From NCBI GenBank assembly GCA_041583775.1, contig JBFHFF010000004.1, forward strand, positions 2,428 through 66,427: a DNA stretch of 64,000 bases, given 5' to 3'. Below the pieces are notes generated by a model. It ran no database searches and was not told the origin of the DNA. It saw only the letters and a list, made by a program, of their open reading frames with translations. How positions within the stretch are numbered: the stretch's first letter is position 1; each line of letters begins with the position of its first letter. The stretch is from Candidatus Moraniibacteriota bacterium. Lineage in GTDB: Bacteria; Patescibacteriota; Minisyncoccia; Moranbacterales; DUUL01. The translations under genes and the position numbers were made by a program. Below are positions 58,277 through 64,000 of the stretch, piece after piece.

Positions 58277-59035
58277 TTATCTCGTAGTATCAAAAATATA
58301 TTTTAGCGGAAAAATAAAAACTGCTCCAAAAATTCTTTTCACCCTGTTTTTCTTTTTTGAATATCCTCTCAAAGTTAATAATCTCCAAAGCCACTCCATT
58401 CCTAGTATTCTAATAACTCGAGGAGCTCTTTTAATTGAGTTTGTCCAATAATCAAATGTCCCTCCAATGCCAATTGCGACCCTTAATTTTGGTAATTTGT
58501 CTTTTATTTCCTGAATTAAAACTTCCTGTTCTGGTGCTCCAAGGCCCACAAAGAGGATTTGCGTGTCTTTTTTTATCTTAGCACTACCCCGCTCCTTTTT
58601 TTTAGATGAAAATATTTCACAATTTCTCAATTTATTTTTACCAAATTTATTTTTCAAGAAAGACAGGAGATCTTTTTTGGAACTAAGTCCATTTTCATTT
58701 AAAACAAAAGAAATTTTCAAATCATTGTGAATTGCCTCTGCTAAAATGATTTCTGCTAAATCAACTCCAGTAAATCTGTGTTTAACTCCCCTACCTAAAA
58801 GAAAAGAACAGAGGACTATTCCAAATCCATCAATAATACGCAAGTTAAAGTTGTTTAGAATTTTCCTATAACTAGAATCTCTCTTTGCTTTTAAAAGAAT
58901 TTCTGGGTTTATTGTTGCAATGCAAACTGGTAATTTTGAAAATTTTTCTCCATTTGCAACAGTTTTTTTAATAACCTTTTCTAACTGTCTTTGTTCATAA
59001 TTGTCTATAATAACTTTGAAGATTATGTTTTTCAT
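58277..59035 (-). CDS. WecB/TagA/CpsF family glycosyltransferase
   Basis: TINPE, DGFG, LFVGLGAPEQE, GIGGTFD, RAP...GMEWLWRL. Confidence 0.92.
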   Translation of the reverse strand: MKNIIFKVIIDNYEQRQLEKVIKKTVANGEKFSKLPVCIATINPEILLKAKRDSSYRKILNNFNLRIIDGFGIVLCSFLLGRGVKHRFTGVDLAEIILAEAIHNDLKISFVLNENGLSSKKDLLSFLKNKFGKNKLRNCEIFSSKKKERGSAKIKKDTQILFVGLGAPEQEVLIQEIKDKLPKLRVAIGIGGTFDYWTNSIKRAPRVIRILGMEWLWRLLTLRGYSKKKNRVKRIFGAVFIFPLKYIFDTTR

Positions 59036-59044
59036 ATAACTAAA

Positions 59045-59587
59045 TTAAGAAAGAAATGGAATATTTTCCAAAACCCTAGAAGAACGATTTTTTTTCTCTT
59101 GAAAATCCTCAACTATATCAATACTGTCAACTGAAATCACAACATTCATTTGTATTTTTTCTAAATCAATCTCTTTTGAAAAACTTTTTCTAGGAACTTT
59201 CGCGAGAGTAATGTGTGGTGAAAAGCTTTTAATTTCCTGAGTATCTTCATTTATAGTTTCTTCAACAAAATTTCTCAATTCAATTAAATCTTCATTTTGC
59301 GGTCCTTTTAGCCAAAACATCTTTGGATTCTCATTATTTGGACCCCAAACTATTGCATCAAATTTCAAATCAAAAACTTCCATTTCTCTTAATGATTCTT
59401 TTAACGCTTCACAAACCTCAAACAAATTTTCATCCCCAACAACGCCAATGGTTGCTAATTGTAAACAAAAATTTTCTGGCTTAACCCACATAGCATCAAT
59501 GGTATCAGTTAAATTTCTGATTTTTGATGCAATATGACTTTGTGTTGCTTTATCTAAAGATATTATAGCACGAACCTTTTTTTGCAT
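59045..59587 (-). CDS. thpR: RNA 2',3'-cyclic phosphodiesterase (2H family); first HxT motif lost
   Basis: WVKPEN context and FSPHITLAK. Confidence 0.78.
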   Translation of the reverse strand: MQKKVRAIISLDKATQSHIASKIRNLTDTIDAMWVKPENFCLQLATIGVVGDENLFEVCEALKESLREMEVFDLKFDAIVWGPNNENPKMFWLKGPQNEDLIELRNFVEETINEDTQEIKSFSPHITLAKVPRKSFSKEIDLEKIQMNVVISVDSIDIVEDFQEKKNRSSRVLENIPFLS

Positions 59588-59592
59588 AATTT

Positions 59593-60624
59593 CTATGTTG
59601 TTTCTTTCTTATTTAAAAAATCTTCTATTACAATCTTAATTGCCGTAACAAATGGCACTGCCAAAACAATTCCCAGCACTCCAGCTAATTTTGCGCCGAC
59701 CAACAAGGACAGGATAATAACAACAGGATTCAATCCCACAGCTTTTTTCATAACAAGTGGAACAATTATGTGATTTTCCATTTGTTGAATAGCGATATAT
59801 AAAATTGCGACAAAAAGTCCCGTCCAAGGAGATATTGTTGCAGCAATTAACACAGCAGGAATAAATGCTATTAGGGGACCAATATATGGAACAATCTCAA
59901 GCACTCCACCAAGCAAGGCCAAGACTAACGCAAACGGTATTCGTAAAAATGAAAGAGCGATAAATTCCAATCCAAAAATCAAAAACATCAACAAGAATTG
60001 TCCAATCAACCAATGTCCCATTTTTATCTGAATCTTATCCAATAACAAAATTACCCTCTCTCTATGTTCTTTTTTTGGCACAATCGCAGAAACGAAAGAA
60101 CGAGAACCATTTTTTTTGATTAGCATATAAAAAGCCAATGAAAAAACGACCAGAGCTTTAAAAATACTAGAAAGAAAATCGAGGGTATTTGAGAAAATAT
60201 TAGAGAATGAATTTGCAAGAGCATTCGAAGAATTTGAGAAAATCTGATCAATATTCTCTTCAAAATGATAAGTAGCAGCAAGATTGGTAATGTTTTCAAT
60301 AAAAATATTTATACCTGCTAAATACTCAGGAATCACTTTCCCAATTAATTGTATTTCCTCATTTAATACTGGAACAACTAAACTTACAATGAAAACGAAA
60401 AATGAAAGAAAGAAAGCATACAACAAAACAACCGCCAAAACCCTGTTTATTCTTTTCTCCTCCATTTTATCAATAATCGGTCCAGCAGCACTAATAAGAA
60501 TCAAGGATAAAAACAACAACAAAAGGATGTCTTTTATAAAATACACAAACCAAAGAGCTAACAATATCAAAATTGTTTTCCAAACAATGCTTGGAGATAT
60601 TTCAATTTTTTGTGCTTTATGCAT
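59593..60624 (-). CDS. AI-2E family transporter
   Basis: EIVPYIGP, IQQMENHIIVP, GLNP, LAVP. Confidence 0.93.
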   Translation of the reverse strand: MHKAQKIEISPSIVWKTILILLALWFVYFIKDILLLLFLSLILISAAGPIIDKMEEKRINRVLAVVLLYAFFLSFFVFIVSLVVPVLNEEIQLIGKVIPEYLAGINIFIENITNLAATYHFEENIDQIFSNSSNALANSFSNIFSNTLDFLSSIFKALVVFSLAFYMLIKKNGSRSFVSAIVPKKEHRERVILLLDKIQIKMGHWLIGQFLLMFLIFGLEFIALSFLRIPFALVLALLGGVLEIVPYIGPLIAFIPAVLIAATISPWTGLFVAILYIAIQQMENHIIVPLVMKKAVGLNPVVIILSLLVGAKLAGVLGIVLAVPFVTAIKIVIEDFLNKKETT

Positions 60625-60628
60625 AACT

Positions 60629-61900
60629 TTAGAATGTTAGAATTTTAGCAATCCCTTCTTTGTTTTTGTGTGGACCAATCACTGCAAGGTTAAGTCCTTT
60701 ATTTTGAATCATTTCCTCTGCAACCTTTTGAATTTCTTTTGCCGTGACTTTTTCAATTTTTGCTAATAGATAATCTGCTGAATGAAGCTCCTTCCGAAAA
60801 AGTTCTTGATCTCCAAAAAAAGATGCGACTGAGTTTGTCGATTCCAACGACATAACAGTTTTTCCTTTTAGATATTCTTTTGCTTTTCTCAATTCTTTTT
60901 CAGGAACCAATTCTTCTTTTATTTTTTTCAGTTCTTCCAAGATCAATTTCACAGCCTCTTCTAATTTTTTAGGTTCAACACCAGCATTAATACATAAACA
61001 ACCAGTATCAGTGTTTGTGCCCATCCCAGCAGAGATATAATAAGTAAGCCCGTGTTTTTCTCTGATATTCAAAAAAGTTCGAGAACTCATTCCACCTCCC
61101 AGGATAATTCCCAATAAACTTGCTGCAAATCTCTTTTCGCTAAACATATCTGGACCTCTCACTCCAACGACTAAGTGGGATTGTTCCGTTTCTTTATAAT
61201 GTAAATCGAACTTTGGTTCGCTTTGGGCCACAACAACTTTTAGCTTTTCCTGTTTTATCTTTTTACTTTTTGCTACTTTAAAATACTTCTCAACTAATTT
61301 CAGTGCCTTCTTTTCATTAACATTTCCCGCAATTGAGATTACTGTTGATTCAGGTAAATACATTTTTTCAATATAGTCCTTAAAAACTTCTCTATTAAAA
61401 GACTTTATATTTTTTTCTGTTCCAACGATTTCCCAACCTGCTGGTTGATCACCATACAGAAGGGTCTCAAAAACATCCCAAACATAACGATTTGGAAGAT
61501 CGTGATACATTGAAGCTTCCTGCAAAATCACTCCCCTTTCTTTGTCGATTTCCTTTTGTTCGATCTTTGAATTTAAATATAAATCGCTCACGACATCAAG
61601 TGCCATTTCAAAATGTTGCACTGGAACTTTCACCCAATAACCAGTTTGTTCTTCTCCTGTGAAAGCGTTATATTCTCCGCCAACACTGTCCATCTCTTCA
61701 GCAATTGCTTTTGTGTTTGGTCGTTTTTTGGTCCCCTTAAACATCATATGTTCAAGGAAATGTGAGATTCCATTATTTTGTTTGGTTTCATATTTTGAAC
61801 CAGCTTCTACTAGAATCTGAACTGAGACTGTTTGCACACTGTCCATTGGTGCAATCACGACCCTTGTACCGTTTTCTAGGGTGTATTTTGTATATTTCAT
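60629..61900 (-). CDS. M16 family zinc peptidase
   Basis: HFLEHMMFKGT, NAFT, LGGGMSSR. Confidence 0.94.
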   Translation of the reverse strand: MKYTKYTLENGTRVVIAPMDSVQTVSVQILVEAGSKYETKQNNGISHFLEHMMFKGTKKRPNTKAIAEEMDSVGGEYNAFTGEEQTGYWVKVPVQHFEMALDVVSDLYLNSKIEQKEIDKERGVILQEASMYHDLPNRYVWDVFETLLYGDQPAGWEIVGTEKNIKSFNREVFKDYIEKMYLPESTVISIAGNVNEKKALKLVEKYFKVAKSKKIKQEKLKVVVAQSEPKFDLHYKETEQSHLVVGVRGPDMFSEKRFAASLLGIILGGGMSSRTFLNIREKHGLTYYISAGMGTNTDTGCLCINAGVEPKKLEEAVKLILEELKKIKEELVPEKELRKAKEYLKGKTVMSLESTNSVASFFGDQELFRKELHSADYLLAKIEKVTAKEIQKVAEEMIQNKGLNLAVIGPHKNKEGIAKILTF

Positions 61901-61911
61901 TTAGTTAACTT

Positions 61912-62859
61912 CTATTTTTTAATTCTTGAAATTCTCGTCAATCCTGCAAATGGAATTATTTCAATCCCATTTTTCTCTAATTCATCTAAAACAATATTCA
62001 TTCCTATTGAGTCTGATGAAATATGCCCCGCAATTACAACATTAATATGAGCTTTTTCAGCTTCTTTACGATGAGCTTCTGTTTGATGCATTCCAATAAT
62101 AGTTCCTATTCCAGCATTCGCCATTGCTGAATATATCTCTTTAGCGCCCTCTGTTCCACCTGTTATTTCCGATGGAACAACTTTTCCGCAGCGATTATTT
62201 GGATTTCCCACAAACAGCGTTGGCCCAACACCCTGTTTTCTTGCTTCTTGATATTCTTCAATTGAATTTAATACTTTTAAAATATCTTTAACATATCTTG
62301 GCTTTGCTTCTTCTATTTTTTTATAAATAAACTGAGCAACACAATTATCTGCTGGTGTGTGGATATTAATAAAATTTATATCTAACAATTTTGCAGCATC
62401 AACTGTCACATTGTGATTAGAAGGATTTATTCCTCTTGCAACCTCGGAGATTCTTTTGTGAATCAATTTTTCTGCAATAGTAACTGGTACGCCAAATTTC
62501 TCCATAACATCAATTTGTAAGTTCATTACATCATCAAGATTTGCAAGTGCACTTCCAATTGGATGATGATTAATAACTAAATCGACTCCTAATTCTTTTG
62601 CTAACATCATTCCACCCATAGTAATATCAATTCCAACTAATACTTTTTTAATTTCTTTTTTCCCATTATCAAAATGGATTCTTGAATCAGAATATGGATT
62701 TGTCAGCTTTTCTTTATCAAAATATATTTTTTCTTCTTCTGATAAAGCCTCAAAGCTTTCCTTTGTTCTTGTTAGGTATTCTTTTATTTCAGCTTTTGTT
62801 CTAAAGTCATTTTCCATTCCAATTTTCACAGCAAGATCATAGATTTGTTTTACATTCAT
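61912..62859 (-). CDS. NIF3-like (NGG1p-interacting factor) metal-binding protein
   Basis: NPYSDSR, HHP, HTPADN, TGGTEG, AGHISSDSIG. Confidence 0.85.
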   Translation of the reverse strand: MNVKQIYDLAVKIGMENDFRTKAEIKEYLTRTKESFEALSEEEKIYFDKEKLTNPYSDSRIHFDNGKKEIKKVLVGIDITMGGMMLAKELGVDLVINHHPIGSALANLDDVMNLQIDVMEKFGVPVTIAEKLIHKRISEVARGINPSNHNVTVDAAKLLDINFINIHTPADNCVAQFIYKKIEEAKPRYVKDILKVLNSIEEYQEARKQGVGPTLFVGNPNNRCGKVVPSEITGGTEGAKEIYSAMANAGIGTIIGMHQTEAHRKEAEKAHINVVIAGHISSDSIGMNIVLDELEKNGIEIIPFAGLTRISRIKK

Positions 62860-63034
62860 TCTTGTATGTTTTATATTTATAAAAACGGCGTCTAATTCCA
62901 AAAAACCACTTTTTATGTCTAGATTCTAACACTTAAAGTGCAAATACTCAAGTGTTCTTGAATTTTTATTCAACAAAAAATCAAATATAAAAGCCTACGG
63001 TCCACAATGTGAACTTTCGGCTTTAGTGTGATCA

Positions 63035-63982
63035 TTAGTTGTAAACCTTTAAACATTTCCTTGCCAGGGCTGGATCCCTTAGGGCTAAGGTACAAAAACT
63101 TACTGCATTCGCTCCTCGCGAAAAAAATGTATCGATATTACAGAAATTCGTCACCCCACACCCCATAATAAGAGGCAATGAGGTTTTTTCTCTCAATCGC
63201 CAAAGATATTCAATTGCCTTTGGAAACGCAACTTCCCCAGAAAGATCACCGCCCCCTTTAACATCAGCCAGAGGAGATGTTTCTGTGTCATAAACTAACC
63301 CATATGGAATCGTATTAACTCCATGAATCACATCTGCTCCAGCGTCTTCCAGCTGTTGATAGAAACTGAAAGGATGCAAAATACTAGTTTTTGCAATTAC
63401 GATCAGATTCGAAAATTCTTCTTTAACAGTTTTTACGCAATTTCTTGCCATAGTTATATTTTTGGAGATTTCTTCCTTGGAATTTGGGCAAGAAAAATTA
63501 ATTTCGACTGCCCAAAGAGGCACTCCTGCAAATTTTAATCTCCAAATCGAAGACGAGATTTCATATATAGCCAACCTCTCTCCTTTCGCGAATTCTGGAT
63601 AAAGATTTGGGATTATGTTTAGTTTTCGTCTTTCGATTACACTTGCTATCCCAATGGCCGCCGACTCAACCCCTGGATTCGTGAGACCATAAGCATTCAG
63701 CATACTACAAGTTTCAATTTTCTGAATAAACCTCCAAGTTCGGGGGTTCCATAAATTAAAGTTCCCCTTTCTGGGGTCACATGTCAGTGACTTCCCCAAT
63801 ATAGTCGTTCCTGTTTTCCTCGCTGTACTAAGAAGATTCAAGTAACACGGTGACAATGTGTGTGGGAAAATTCCGCTCCCATTTGTCCCAAACGCTGTGG
63901 AAATAACCAGTGGTGAAATACTTCCTTTGCCTGGAAATACAATTCCTTTTGCTTCCATTATACACCCCTTTTCTTTTTCCAT
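63035..63982 (-). CDS. pyrD: Dihydroorotate dehydrogenase (family 1-like, divergent)
   Basis: NAYGLTNPG, EINFSCPN, NTI, LSG, GCGV. Confidence 0.8.
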   Translation of the reverse strand: MEKEKGCIMEAKGIVFPGKGSISPLVISTAFGTNGSGIFPHTLSPCYLNLLSTARKTGTTILGKSLTCDPRKGNFNLWNPRTWRFIQKIETCSMLNAYGLTNPGVESAAIGIASVIERRKLNIIPNLYPEFAKGERLAIYEISSSIWRLKFAGVPLWAVEINFSCPNSKEEISKNITMARNCVKTVKEEFSNLIVIAKTSILHPFSFYQQLEDAGADVIHGVNTIPYGLVYDTETSPLADVKGGGDLSGEVAFPKAIEYLWRLREKTSLPLIMGCGVTNFCNIDTFFSRGANAVSFCTLALRDPALARKCLKVYN

Positions 63983-64000
63983 TTTTTCGCATCCTCTGTT

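Noticed and set aside
1-64000. Alternative genetic code (UGA recoded), rRNA or tRNA genes
   Set aside because: Conserved genes are full length under the standard code and some end in TGA (hsdR, purC); no cloverleaf or rRNA-like segment was seen

Overview
AT-rich (roughly one-third GC by eye), densely coding bacterial chromosome segment using the standard genetic code. The gene set (archaeal-type UMP kinase, sortase, TagA-family glycosyltransferase, NIF3-like/M16/AI-2E/thpR/gltX run, TrmB regulator, many ORFans) looks like a Patescibacteria (CPR, Parcubacteria-like) genome; this taxonomy is inference. Most genes run on + up to about 50 kb and on - afterwards, and a 28-bp dif-like site lies at 53338-53365, so the window probably spans the replication terminus. 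Housekeeping blocks (1-10.7 kb, 44-50 kb, 55-64 kb) flank two accessory zones. The first is an ORFan island (10.8-18 kb) with a degenerate PurC paralog and several internal repeats. The second is a radC-to-thermonuclease zone (18-43 kb) containing a type I restriction-modification operon with four inserted genes (DUF3892-like, HEPN-motif DUF3644, KTSC-like, Bro-N). Best leads: the HEPN-containing type I R-M locus bracketed by AbrB-like sequences, a Ca-repeat-fused sortase beside a TPATG substrate, the pseudo-PurC, the hairpin-repeat-bracketed ORFan, and the symmetric dif site. No rRNA, tRNA, CRISPR array, transposase or integrase was seen. All family calls come from motif recognition by eye, not from searches.
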